A stretch of 63,349 nucleotides of DNA, counting the filler, from Hausera hauseri (lineage: Eukaryota), in NCBI GenBank assembly GCA_046269625.1. It is 11 parts of 11 records of this genome, joined end to end, with 100 filler letters (N's around TTAATTAATTAA, not from the genome) between each part and the next. Parts side by side here need not be neighbours in the genome. Positions count along the whole stretch, not along the records: positions 1 to 4,725 come from JBJURY010460800.1; positions 4,826 to 14,503 come from JBJURY010311054.1; 9 more parts are not named here. One strand, written 5' to 3'. Shown here piece by piece: positions 1 through 14,015 of this stretch. The notes below the pieces were generated by a model. The model had not been told where the DNA came from. It made no database searches and worked only from the letters and a program-made list of their open reading frames with translations. The stretch's first letter is position 1, and each line of letters starts with the position of its first letter. Both the position numbers and the translations under genes were made by a program.

Positions 1-1837
1 CAACTCTGTGTAACCATTTACCTGAAGAACAGATGTGAATTCTGCAAAGCAACTGTAAGTGAAAAGGTTGTTCTATGCTGTTTTAAGAACTTAAAACGAA
101 AAGCCCAATCCATGCCTTTTGAACCTCCTTTAATTAATGTTATCGGAGCAACATAAAAATACAACTTCCTCTTAAGACTGTAAGGTGTAATTTAATCATT
201 TTAAATCAGCCTTTCCTTTGGTATTTGTTGGTGCGCTCTGTGAGCTCCGTTCCGATTCCATCCCTCTGGAATCCCCTCGTCCTTCTGGTGCCTTTAATCT
301 CACATTTTCCTGAGGCAAATGATCCTGACAAGCGTAACATTAGCTGCACAAATGGGTCGGCCTCGTCGGACTTCTTGCATTTGAACGTTTGCGTTGGCAG
401 AAGCCACACGGTCGCACTCGGTTGAACCTCACAGGCTCGGTTCGGCCATATTTCGGGCCTCGTAAGCTGTCGCTGGATAGTTTTGTTCTCTCCAGTCAGT
501 GTCTCTTGATTGCCGGTGCTCAGTGCAAGGTGACAGAACACTACTTCTCCTTTAATTAAACCACTCATCCTGTCTTTCTGATTGGCGTCTATTTCCCACA
601 CGAAGGCAGACGTGTAAAGGGAGGATAAAATGAGAAAGGGATAGGAGAGGTCAACACTGGAGGACAATGTGTGGAGAAGAAAGAGAAAGTGTGATTGAAG
701 AAGAGGAATGGGGATGAGAATAAGGGTTTGATACAGGAGGAGAAGAGAAATGCTGTGAGAAAATCAAAATTCAAGGTGCAGTCTTTCTTGAGTGGACAAC
801 TTTTTTTTCCCCTTTTGTAGGACAGAAACTTGACAAATTCTGTAAGGCAGATGAAAAGTATTCCTCTAACAAACACTTGATTTTTAGAGCCCGATATTTA
901 AAGCCCATTTCAGCATTCTTTAAATTTTTTTGGTTTTCAATTGAGCCGCTGACTATTTTACTGTCACATAACACATTGGTTGCTCCGTCTTTTTTTTACT
1001 GTTTGTAAAGTTCCTTCAATTCTTACAGTATTTTGGAGTAGCCATTCCCAAAACAGAGACTTCTGATCATGACTTTTGAAAATCAAAGTGCTCATATAAG
1101 TCCATTAGAATCAATCAGAACCATTCAGCACCTCTTCTCTCAGACACAAGTCAAAACAACAAGGCTTGGGGAACTCTTTCTTCCCTAAGTTTCTAGTTTC
1201 TCAAACTACTATCTAAAAGTTATTTATTTATAGAACTTTAGGTTATTTTATCTTTACTTTAGACTGATCTGAGGAATACATTTTGTTGTCCCATCTCTAA
1301 GAAATTATGAACAACAAATGTGATTTTATTAATTTAAATGTAATTTGTTCTTAATTTGACAATTGACTCGAAAAACGTTGAGAATAAATTAAAGTACAAC
1401 GAATAAACTCCAACTGTGACAATCCCCACAACAAATGATTAAATGTGATTGTTAACAAAAAGTAATGTGAAATTAACTGATTTCTGCCGATGAATTGAAA
1501 TGACACAAACACGCACACACACAGAAAGTACAGAAACTCGATAACATGACAAACAATAAATAACATCAGCGCAGCACTAACAATGATGAGTTTGTGTGTT
1601 TGTCATCAACCCCGCAATTTTGCTGACTCATCTGCATGTTATTCGAATTACTTGCCTTTTATCTATACAATCAGCAGAGTAATAAAAATAAAAATAATCA
1701 ATCAGACGAATTGCATTGAATGGATATTTGTATCGAACAATTGTGACGAATTGAGATTTAGTTCAAATTTAATGTGGACGAGAATTAATTAGCATTTTTA
1801 GATAAATACGAATAAAAATAGCGGCAATGAAAATTAC

Positions 1838-3194
1838 TTTGTGAGTGGACAGTGGCTCGCCCGCATATTCATATTCAAGAGCCATCCATTTTTGTTTTTC
1901 TGGTAAAAAATCTAAAGACAAAAAATCGACAAGTCCATGACGGTTTTATGTTATTACCCAGTAATTCATTATCTGTTCCATTTTCGAATTTATACTGATT
2001 CCATTGATCACACAACACTTGTGGCAATTTACCACGAAGCATCGAAACCCTTGTTTACACGTTTAATAATAATTTGTACAAGTCGACCTTTTTACTTTTT
2101 GAGCTGAACAAAATTTGGTGCCCGAAATAGCTTATTTTTACCATTCAATTCGGTGAGTTTTTTAGATACGAATATCTCAGGAAATGCATCTTCAAGCGTC
2201 ATTTGGTCTTCGCCATTAACTAAATCGTCACCATCCACCGCAAATACTTTCGGTACGTTGCCACGGTTCAATCGGAATACTTCGTCATATACACCTTCGC
2301 CAATCTTTTTCGTTAATTGATTTGATGGATCGTCAATAAGTGCATTCCATGTTTTGATTTCGGATTCTTCACATAAATCAAGAATTTTTGCAACGGATCA
2401 ACATGGATTGATAAGCACAAGCTTTCTTCTCCAACAGAGGTACAACTAGAAGAATCAATTAATTCCTGACTTAATTCAAATTTTCTTCGTTGTCGCCAGT
2501 TTTTTGTACTTTGAGCATTTTGAAGCTTTGTTTTTCTTTTAATAAACCGAGACATTACAACTGATGACAGAGCAGTGCTACTGCAGTTACTGTGTTCCGA
2601 TAATTGAGATAAATTCACATAATCTTTCTCCGGAGAAATTTGTTTGCTTTTTTTCAAAATTTCCGATAGTGGTTTAACTGGAGGATCTGGTGTTCGGAAA
2701 AAGTGACTAAAAGGATCAATATCCGAAGAAAATGCCGGTTGTCTAAAACTTTTTGAACGAAGAGAATATCTTGAATTAATTTCAGCTGATTCTGAAGTTT
2801 TTAACACACTTCTGTGCCTCGTAAGCTTTTGGTTATTAGGAGTTTTAAAACTTTCCTTAACTTTAAGGCTTGACTTTGAATCTGAAAGACTACCGGCGGC
2901 AGAACAATTTTGACTATATTTACGTTTATTTACAGATACTTTCGTTCCGCTTGATGCAAAACTGGAAGCTTCTGAAGTTGGATATCTATCTTGATATGAA
3001 GATAAATATGAATTTGGAGCAGCTTTAAATGATCTACTGCGTAGTCTACTAGGAATCGGAGGTATGTTTTCTTGCTCTAAGGCCGACATTCGATTGGCAT
3101 ATGTAGCGAGTTCGAAATCTCGATCGACGGACTCGGTTGAAATATTGTTCGAAGCTGCAATTTCATGGAATTCTAACGACAGTTCTGATCCCAT
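1838..3194 (-). pseudogene. HASPIN: Haspin-like Ser/Thr kinase, 3'-truncated and frameshifted, with two 46-nt introns
   Basis: A Ser/Lys/Arg-rich N-terminus (ORF 2313-3194) is followed, after a frameshift in an A-run near 2387, by KKIGEGVYDEVF...KVFAVDGDDLVNGEDQMTLEDAFPEIFVSKKL. Splicing GT-AG introns 2050-2095 and 1912-1957 gives KVSMLRGKLPQVLCDQWNQY...DFLPEKQKWMALEYEYAG, matching the haspin N-lobe. Confidence 0.85.
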
Positions 3195-3626
3195 ATTGAC
3201 GGAGTTGAGAGCACTTTCGACAATTTGTATGTCTCCGGGATATTTTCAATTCAGTAGACATTTCAACAATTTGACTTGTTTTTCATGTCATTTGATGTTT
3301 TCACAGTCTATTCAAATTCAACGTTTGTTTTCTCAATATGGGTTTCTAATTCTTTAATTTCCTCGGATATCGTTTCGATTCTATCACAAAATCGTTCCTT
3401 CTCGATTTTCAACTGTTCATTTTCACCGATTTTTATGCAATTCTGAATAAATGTCCATTGGCCTTTTTGAAGATTTTAAAGCTCTCATAGTCGTAGAAGC
3501 TACGGGATTCATTTTCTTTCGAGGCGCATAATCGGGACCCGCATATGCGCCCGACGCGCCGGTGGCGGAAAACCCGGCCGTGCCCAACCGAATGGGCCGG
3601 AGAGCGAAGATCGACGCGGGCACCAC

Positions 3627-4469
3627 AGGTACAGCTGGTCGTTTACCGTAAGACATCCGTGTGAAATGAAATCACGCTGAGAATTATTAACAAATCCGTC
3701 AATAAGCAAACGACAGATAGCTAATTTATCTCTAGCCAAACGAGCAGTCATGGTTTACCTATTATCAAAACTCAAATGAAGTCGTATAGTTTTGAACATG
3801 GATTGCGACATTGTTTTCGAAAATATTGACCGTCGTTTATCTTTTGACCAGAGTTCATCAACTGTCTCTCCAGTAGACTTATACACCGCGTAATATCAAA
3901 AGTCCTAAGAATGCATCAAGTTTTGCATTATCCATATCTGTCCAAGCATCTCCAGCAACACGTCTATCCTCTCTATTAGTTTCCACCAGGATCGTGCGTG
4001 TCATTTCATTGTCAGGTATCACTCTAAATGTCTCTAGTATTGGGTTACCTAGAATTCTACTCGTGGCGCATGCGATGAAGCCAGGTCGTGTTGTTGAAAT
4101 GTTTTGGCTGCCAGCCTACCTACAGCTGCCGGTATACGCGTGCTCCACATCTCACCATTACTGCTAATGAATGAACCTACTTTCATCGATCCCACAAGCA
4201 TGGCGCTTCTTCATATATCTGCATCTTATTCGTCTGAGGTTTCACTTTCTTCGGGATCTTCCATCACTCTTTCATCAACCTACGCAAAGTATACCACATA
4301 TCGTCAAACCAAATCATATCACATATTGTCCATCAAAGTTTATGTTATGACTTACCGCATCAGTCGAAGTTCCGTCGTCATCATTTTCATTATCACTTTC
4401 TTCTGTCCAACTACGTCCAAGTAGTTCTCTCAAAGCCACAGATTTAGATAATCTTGTCGGTCGTGACAT
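3627..4469 (-). mobile_element. Degraded piggyBac (PGBD-like) transposase, 5' part
   Basis: Acidic N-terminus, then LDAFLGLLILRGVYKS..DELWS..IFSKTMS..LSFDNR..RLARDKLAICRLLIDGFVNN..LTVNDQL; contains stops and frameshifts and a probable GTAAGT..TAG intron at ~4280-4356. Confidence 0.85.
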
Positions 4470-4725
4470 GACATCAAATGACATAAAATCATTTGTAATC
4501 TAAATACCCTGTATAAAAAGTAAATATTCATGATAAGAAGTAATCAATTCGTCAGACGTTATAAAATGGCTCTAGCTCGAGGTGTTTATGCTACACGTTA
4601 AGACAAAGTAATTTCGTTTTTTGCTAAACGCATATTGTTGAATTCGCAGTACTTTCGAAAACCGGTTGGCATAGCAGCATTATGCGGGCAAACATCAGCT
4701 GAGAAATCATTGATTCATACTCGGC

Positions 4726-4825
4726 NNNNNNNNNNNNNNNNNNNNNNNNNNNNNNNNNNNNNNNNNNNNTTAATTAATTAANNNNNNNNNNNNNNNNNNN
4801 NNNNNNNNNNNNNNNNNNNNNNNNN
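4726..4825. other. Artificial contig linker N44-TTAATTAATTAA-N44. Identical linkers at 14504-14603, 18897-18996, 23777-23876, 32123-32222, 36290-36389, 42622-42721, 46697-46796, 52184-52283 and 56574-56673
   Basis: The same 100-nt spacer, with stops in all six frames, occurs ten times; sequence on either side is unrelated. Confidence 0.98.
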
Positions 4826-7800
4826 AAAGTCTTATGAAATTCTTTGTGACAACATCTGTGTCGTATGGGGAAAATGCTGAAAATTTTGTAAAATTGCATA
4901 TGGAGAAAGAATTATCCGGTAGACACATTCGATCGTCAATAAAGATTACCTATGGTCAAAATGCAGATCTTACTACGAAGAAGAATGTCAAAGAAATCGA
5001 TTTAGAACTCTATGGTGGTAACATGGTGAAAGATAATCTCGACGTAACAGAAGGCAGTCTTATATTTAAGTTACCGGCGAAAAATTTGAATTATGAAGGT
5101 CGATTTAAAAGCGAAATCGGTAACAAGATGGTTCGAATGTCACTCGTATTGGACAAAGACCAAATGCCTCAATTCAATCTGAAAGTGGATTATGTGCAAC
5201 CAAAACGCTATTTGAAAGATACGGATTGGGAAATTTCTTTTTCAATACCAAACCATGTTGCATCTGTAAAATGGAATCTTAAAGAAGTTGACGTGAGAAA
5301 ATTCGAGTACGGCCTTGAAGGTTTGTATAACTTTCACACGCTATCAATAAATGGTGTCCAATTACAAATATCAGACTTAAATTACGAATCAAATCTAATG
5401 ATCAAACTACCAGTGATTAAAGATTTACCAAGAAAATTGAAAATCGGTCTAAAAATCAATCTAGAAGATTTATCAAACGGACGAATTACCGGTGAACTGG
5501 ACTATCCCGATACTAAATTCAAATATTCCATGGATACGATATTTTCGTTTGCACCACGAAACTTTTTACGTGCAACAACTCAGGAAAATAATTCAGTTTT
5601 CAAATACAATCTGAAATTAAAAGGAATGGAGTATGTCATGAGATCGAAATCCGTTTTCACAATTAATCCGGAAGAATTCCAAATTTATTTAAACTACCTC
5701 TGGAATTTAGACCAAAATCCAGATAATGAATACATACTAAACATTCAGTCGGTTAATAAAAGTCCAAATCCAAGAAAATTTGATAATTCGGCTCGATTCA
5801 CTGTTAAATATCCGGGAAAGAAATATTCAATTGAATTTTTATCAGAATTTCAATACACGCAAATGATGGCTCAAATCAATCTATCATGGGATAAAAACCG
5901 ACGAATTAATATCATTACACAGTATGAAATCGATAACAGCTGGACTCAGAAAGGATTGACGTCATCAATTACTGTTAAAACTCCTTTCACTGGCTACGAA
6001 ATGACTCATCTTGGTCTTAATGTCATGGGACAGTTACGATATCGAAAAATCGATATCGAATATAAGTGGGGTAATAACAAAAAGGTACTATTTGATTTAG
6101 TCATCCAACCTCGTAGTTCAAGTGATTTTAGTCTGAATGCAAAACTCGTTACACCATTTAAAGGCATGACTTTAATCACATTTAATGCGAAACACATGTA
6201 CACAATGAATTCGATTTTAACCCAGTCAAATATTGAAATCGGCCCGTCACGACGATACCAAGTCAAATTTGAAGCAATTAACAATAGCGATGAAACAAAA
6301 CGCGATATTTTTGCCAATCTGTTATTAGAATCCGGTGATATTTGGCCGATTAAATTATCGTTGATGCATAAAGATAATCTGGTTCATTTTGAAACGCAAT
6401 TCGACGCAACATGGAAAAAAGATGACTCATTAAACTTTAAAAGCAAAATTTCTTTTAGCTTAGCAGATTCGGAAATAAACAGTAACGGTGACATTGAACT
6501 GCAATCGACCATAGCCATTGTAAAACAAATGAAGACCATATGGTCAGTTGAACAGAAAAATGGTAATCTTGTCGGAAATCTTGACGTTCAATACAAGTTC
6601 CGAAAAGCTGTACAAATGGTGATTAAGGGATTTTATGAAAAAGAAGACCAGACCGATAAGTTTGATCTAAATGGCTTTGTCAAAATTCTGGAACTACCAT
6701 CAATAAAAGTTGTGAATGAATTTGTCTTTAGTCAAAAGTTGCTTACAAAACGTTTATCAATCGAAAAAGACTCAAATCTGATCTATTCACATGATGTTTT
6801 ATTCAGTCCACGAGAGTATAAGATTAAAATCAAATTACCCCAAATGACATTCAAAACCATTGATATTGAATCGACTTGGAAAAATGAGGGAAAAACTACG
6901 ATCACGAATTCTTGGATACAATTCGGTGACAAGTATATCGTTAAAGAAACGAGCGTTATCAAGTTCATTCCACTGAAAGGATATTCAAATTTCGAACTGG
7001 AAATCAACTCGAATTACTATTCCGATTATTTGAATATGAAAACGATATCTGTCTATAAGAAAGTCGTACTAAATGACGTAATTGGTAAGCTGGAATTGAA
7101 AGCTAGTTCAAATTCACAGGATTTATTCACATTTGAATTCGATTTAAATACTCGAAACGGTATTCGACATAGAACTGCATTGAGAACGTACCTGGAAAAA
7201 CTACGACACGTCGAATTCATGTCAAACTATAAACCCGAAAATGACAAAACACCAATGACAAGTGAATTGAAGTTTCTCTTTAATGATGTCCTGGAAATCA
7301 ATGCTAACACTATAATCCGATATCCAGGTGTCATCAAATTAGACTATTCTGTCAAATGGCAATCCGTTTATAAATATTTCAAATTCATTAGTGACATTCA
7401 AGTTATTGGTTATGAGCATTTGTTGGACACAAACTTATTTGGTAGTAACATCAAACTGGTCAGTTCCATTGAATCGAGAGGAGGAATGGCGTTCAACGTT
7501 GATATAAAAACCAAAACCAGCTGGTTGGAATCGTTAACGATCGTTGGTCGAATGAGTAAACGAGATAGATTTTTGACATTCGTCTACGTGATACCTTTGG
7601 AAACAAAAGAAGTCATAAAATTTACTTTCCATCTAGTTCAACATAAATTGGTAATTGAATACAACACGAAATCATTTAGTAACGGTGTTCTACGTCTAGA
7701 AATGATCACAACGAAATACATGAATTTATATATTGACTTCAACTATAATGTTCAACTGAAATTTAAATACACGGGCGATTTCAAAACCATGCAACATACG

Positions 7801-7872
7801 AACGAAATCAAAGTAATTGTTGGTGATAAATCATTCGAAATGGAAAATAAATTCAAACTTAATGATCCAATT
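4826..7872 (+). CDS. Apolipophorin/large lipid transfer protein-like beta-sheet region, 5'-partial (segment 1)
   Basis: Open from the contig edge for >1000 codons; amphipathic beta-strand pattern with recurrent TPF-type motifs (VKTPFTGYE, LVTPFKG). Confidence 0.65.
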
Positions 7873-7968
7873 TATGTAATTGCATTTTATTCATGTATTT
7901 TTTGTTGTGATAGTTCAATTAGTTGTATGGAGTGTTATTTTTTGTTATTTTTCATGACNNNNNNNNNN

Positions 7969-10900
7969 AATTCAAACGAGTCAAATGGAGATATTTCCTG
8001 TTGGACAGCAAAATGAATACGAATATCTGGTCGAAATTTTCATCGCACAATATCGGCATCGAATACAACATCAAACCGAATACGTTTGAAGCAGAACTCA
8101 AAGCGTTTTGCAATGACCGATACATAAAGTTTAAAGGGCAATTATTTTCTCGGTCCGATGTTACCGTTGAATTTAAGTTAGAAACGTCTTTCCCGGTATT
8201 GAAAGAAATTATCTTGGATATTCGAACGAAACAAACGAAATTTCCGCAAAGTGCAATTTATGCCATTAAACTGTTGTCCGTTGTTCATGATAGTAAATTT
8301 CATTTTTCAACGTCACTTGAATGGAACAAATTCAATTATATCGTTTACGAAATGAATCTTGAAGCTCGAACATCAAAAGACTCCTACATAATTCAACCGA
8401 AATTCTTAAAACTGACCCATCAATATTTCAAAGACGATTTGAAAGAGATGTTTGAAATGACTTGGTCAAAAACCACTAACGTCAAGATGCAGCTTGAGAT
8501 ACCATTAAAAATCAAGTCAAGAAGTATATTCGAATTAGAAACAACGATTAAAGCGTTTGGCAAAATATCAGCTGATCTGAACATTGACTTTTCAATGAAC
8601 GACCAGAAATCCCTTTTACTTCGAATTGATAAAAATACTGATCGTTTGATTGCCGCTGAAATTGAATTGAAAAAGGATGGTCAGAAAATGTGGCTAACAA
8701 ATTCAATCGAGTATGCAACAGCGTTCAGAAATAAACTCGATTTGAAAACTGACATGTCGAAACCGGACGCAATAACTCTTGAAGGAACCCTGACAAATTC
8801 TTATTTAAAGAACAGTATAAAACTTAGTGCTTCACTAGACCGTGGTAATAAAGAAGGAACAATTGAACTAAAAGGCTTAACCGGAAAAAGCATTGCTCTG
8901 TCCGGAAAACTGCTGACGAATCAGTTTGAATTACGATTAACGTCTGAATTTGCTAATCTGTTCTTAAGAGTTTTCACCACATCGAGTTCTGTTGAATTGA
9001 AAATCACAGCTGACTCGAAAATCAATTTCGAATTGGATACTAAAATAAGCAAAGAACCATACGAATTCTACGTTCGTGTTAATGAACATTTTGTCAAATT
9101 ACTCGTGGCTAAAAATTACGCAATCGATTTTAAGTTCAAAGTCGAAAACCTTGAAGGAGCTTTAGATTCAAGTTTAGACTTTACACGGAACAGTTTTGAC
9201 TTTACAGTGAAAGGTACTTCAAGTTTAAATGAATGGAAATCTTTCAACGGTAAGCTCACTTACGAAGCCAAAGATACAAAGATTATGGCAGCGTCAAAAT
9301 TTACGCAAGAAAATACGGAAGTCTACAAAGCACGATTTGACTATGATGCATCAAATTTTGTAAAACTGATATACAAAACCAAATGGGAAGTAATGAAATC
9401 CGGTACGTTGAAAGTTGAATATTCTGGTCTCCCTTCAAAATTAACAGTACAGTTGAATTCGTTGAGTTTAAACGGCAAAATAAGTCTCGATCTATCCATC
9501 AACGATTACAAAATTAAAGGTAGATTGGAATCGCCATTTTCGTTTGCAAAATACATTGAAATACAAGGTGAACTGACAGCCAATGAAAATGATATCAAAG
9601 GTACCGTAAAAATGGTGATAAACGATGTTAACAAACCGATAGAAGCCGGAATAAATTACGTTAGACGTCCGAACAAACTGACAATAGATATAAATACGCC
9701 GTTCGCTTCTCCAAACGACAAATTTAGCGTGTTCTACGAAACTGAAACGACAAAAACGGTATTCAAATTTTCACAAAACGAAAATACAATTTGGAAAATC
9801 TTGTACATGAAGCCATCAAAAGGACGCTACGATCTTGATATCGAAATAATGGTACCGAAAACACTCGTTGGAATTGAATTAATACTTTCGGGTAAACTTG
9901 ATTTGGAAAGTCCTATTAAGCTGTTTAAAACGTCACTAAAATCGAATTTGTTCTCCGAACTGTCGTTCGCATTAACGTGCAATCCAACAATTCACCAATA
10001 TTCCATTCAATTCGCCAATCCAACCAAAGGAGGTCAATTGGAATTAAGCATTTCAAAGGAAGATGATGGTAGCAAAATAAAATTTGAATCGAAGTTAAAC
10101 GACTTAGAATCATCAGTTGAATTTAAATATAACGTTCAAAATGTACTGAACATTCGTACAAGTCTATCAATAACAACCAATGCATATTTCGGCAAAGTAA
10201 CAAAATTCGAAATGTCGTATGGCCACATCGTCAACTTCCCAACGTTGTTGAATGTTGATTTAGCAGCCAATTTTAATGGCAGATCTTTCATTCGTAAAAC
10301 GGTAACATGGAAAAAGACCGGTGAATCGTTTGAGTTGTTATCAAAATGTATCTTAACGCCATACGATAAGGATTATGAAAGTCTACTGCAGATTTCTAAC
10401 AAGGACAATGAGGTGTTCGATTTCGTTGTTAAAATGGCTGAGATTTTACAAAGTGACATCAACGTTAAGTTGATTAATAAACTCGAAAATAAAAAGCTTT
10501 CGATCCGAACTCCATATTCAATAATACGGACAGTCGACGTTGGCATAAAGTCTGATAACTCCAATAATCAAAAAATTCGAACGATTTCCTTTGATTCCAA
10601 CGTGATGGGAAAATACGAAATGATTTACAACGAGCAATTATTGACCAAGTCAGAGATTAAAGCAACGGTTACAATCAACACTCCAAAAACGATAAATTTA
10701 ATATCTAGTGAATTTACTTTACGAAAAGAGATAAAAAATGAAATGGTCGATCTTAAATTTGAAATCAACAATGTACAATATTCGGCCAAGTATACCAGAA
10801 AAGACGGTGAACAACGGATAAAAATCAATTCGCCTCATGAATATATGCGTAATGTGGAATTTTCATTAAAACAATTGCAAAACGAACTCGACGCGGAAGT

Positions 10901-13900
10901 TAAATACAACAATATTTTTGCTACGATTAAAACTGTCTGGACAGAAAAATCCATATCGTTCGACCTACGAAGCAATTTGAATTATTTCAAAATTCTTTCT
11001 ATATCGGTACAAAATCCATACACAAACGATTTCCAGAAAACATTCAAACTGACTCTTAGCAAAGACTCCAAAATTCTTCAATTTGAAACCGTAATCAATA
11101 CGAAGAACAAACGTTTCGAATACCTGATGAAAAATGATCTGTTTGACTTTATTCCAAGTTCTCTTTCGGCAGTAGTTCAGTTGTCTTTTACACCGATTAA
11201 TGTTATTGTTAACTTCAAAGGAAACGATGTAAATTTGGTCAATTTCGTACTCAATGGCGATCAAATATCATACGAACAGTCGATCTGGTTTATGATTAAA
11301 GGTTCGTTAAAGAAATCGGAACTGGACTTTACTATCATTGACAAGAAATTATTCTCACTTCTTGTACAACAGAAATCACGAAATACTGTCGAAAGCCTCC
11401 TTGTATTAAATGGAGATCAGTACGACATAACAACTGCTTTTGAACGAAGTTTAGGCCAATCAATGTTCAAATTATCGGTGAAGAAAAACAAACTCGATAA
11501 CATTCTAAATATCGACACCGAATTCGTACCGTACCGGAAACTATTGGATATTGAGTTGAATTACTTGAAAAAATCCGTTTTTAAACTAAAACTAACGAAT
11601 GACATTTCAACGAACATAAAAACGTCTTTCGAATTTAAACTGATGTCTGTCAATTTAGTCGCTGATTTAATTACCGAAATTAAGTCGGATCTATGGAATG
11701 TGAAATGTTCGTGGAATTTGATGAAAAATGATCAGCAGTTGACTGTAGGTTCTTTAGAAGTCGTCCGGAAAATTTCCAATCCCATTAATTATTCGATGAC
11801 ACTCAATTTACAAAGTGGAGATTTTCAGTTTCAAGTTTTAAAATTGACGACCAGTGAATCTCTATTGAAAATTCGAACGCCATTTAATGGAATTGATTTG
11901 GATTTGGAAACGAAGCATTTGTACGATATGGAAAAGGGAGAATTTGTTTGTGAGTGTCGTGTGAAAAACAGTTTCATTGGTGAATATCGAATGAAAGCAA
12001 TCGTCTTGGCCCAACTTGATTTGGAATTCCAATTGACTCTGGCATCAGATAAACCTATTCTTTCCTTAAGATTTCTGTTCAATCGATCCGTTCCCAACAA
12101 ATATATCGGTTTAGCTCAAATTCAAATTCTATCGTTGGAAAAAGTTGAATTCCAAGTAAAACTAATTACAGCCGATATCATTCAACTTCTGCTATCACTC
12201 AAGACGCCTTTTGATTACTTAAAACACGTAGAATTGAAAAAGTCCCTTCGATATAAATCGTGGCTTGAACATAAATTCGATACAAGAGTTACATACGATG
12301 GATTCACGCAGTTAGTATTCCAAACTGGACATTCTATTTCTATGACTCAACGAATTTTACGGTTTGAAAGCAAACTTCAGCAAGAATATGCCGAAATTAT
12401 ATCATTAAAAATCGATCATTCTGGCAGTTACGATAATCTCGATCATTCGATTGTTTGGTTTTGTCGAAAGAACAAATACGGATATCGATTAAAAGGTGGA
12501 TTCAATCCTATGTTCAGAGGACAAGCAGAAGTATTTTCTCCCTACCACAAATTAGGACGGTTTGTCTTGGCTGGAAAACAATCCGAAAATGGCATGAAAG
12601 TTTTGCTTGAAAAAGACGGCGAACGAATTAGTGTTTTTGAATTTAATTCCAATTCATTCAGAAAAATGATTCGATTTGATTCGTCGAAAAATAGTTTTTA
12701 TAAACTTGAAATCAGATCTCGCCGAACAAAACGAAGTGCAGAAAATTATTTTAACTCGGAAATAAATTATGATGGAAAACCATACCTTAAACTGAACAGC
12801 AAGTTTGAATCAGCAAAAGATAAATACTCAGCAAAGTTCAATTTCCACTCACCGCTTGTAACAGAAAACCCTGCCGAATTGCTATTGAGTCATCATTACA
12901 AAGACAATACTTGGAAATTCAATCATCACTTGAAAATTAACAACATGGTTGAAAAATACTACAGATTGTTTGGAAAATATTTTAGAGAAAATTCAAGAAA
13001 CTTTAATGTTGACTTCAACACAGAAACGCCGAATTTCGGAGTACTCAATTTGTCATTTGGACATAAATTCGAAAATTCCAATCATCGAAGTCATTTTTCG
13101 TTGAAAAAAGAACAAATCAATGTGCTCAAATATAATGGTGAATTAAATCTTGTCGAAAGTGAAAACGCTTTAAATGGCGTTTGGAAATTTGAAACACCTT
13201 CAAGATCGATTGAAATACGTTCCGGCCATACAGGAAAATGGGATGATTTCCAACAGTCATTTGACATTATTTACAACAATGAGCAAGTTATCAAATATAA
13301 AGGATCATTCAAACCGGATGAGACATCCGAAATGGATATTGCAATAAGTTCGACAAAAAAGATTAAAATAGTCATTGATAGAAAAAATAATGCATTGGAC
13401 ATAACCTACAACGATTCAAACAAGAAATATTTGTTTAAAATTGGTAACAAAGCGGGAGTCATTCAATCGTCATTGGATTTAAACGATAAGAACGTGGCAT
13501 CTACCTCTCTTGGCTATGGAAAGCAACCACTATTCATAAAGGGAAACGTTTATGGTAATTCAGCGAATGTCGAACTTATGTTGGGCGATGAACTGATACG
13601 ATTATCGGCAAACTCAAACTTCGACATCATGAAAGATTTGACTCTCATATTAAAACCGAACAAAGTAACATTCGAAGTCACTATTAATAATAAGCCGTAT
13701 CAAATCGATATAAGTTACCACTACGCCAAAGATAACTTCTATGCATTGTTGGAATCATCATTTACAATTGTGTCTAAAATATCAATGCACGTGACACCAT
13801 CAGAACTGAAAAGCAATTTTAGCAAATATTTTCCCATATTGGATTACTTATTGATAAACAACCGATGTAAAGTTATCGGAAAAAAAAACAATCAATTACA

Positions 13901-14015
13901 CGTGTCAAAAAAGAAACCCGACCACTTGCAAAAACCAAAATCAGTCATCTATCGTTTAAAAAGTCTGCAACGTAGCCATATTTCCCAAAGTAAAGTCTTC
14001 AGTATAGTACAGTAA
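7969..14015 (+). CDS. Apolipophorin/large lipid transfer protein-like beta-sheet region (segment 2, after a 10-N gap)
   Basis: ~2000 uninterrupted codons of the same composition (ESPFS, INTPFA, IRTPYS, IRTPFN, LKTPFD); RRTKR furin-like site at ~12720-12734; the last ~60 codons probably are not part of the gene. Confidence 0.65.

Noticed and set aside
206-974. Short ORFs in the vertebrate-like start of contig 1
   Set aside because: No recognisable motifs; probably non-coding
4770-4781. Recurrent TTAATTAATTAA palindrome as a biological repeat
   Set aside because: It is always centred in N-runs of fixed length, so it is an assembly linker; adjacency across linkers carries no meaning
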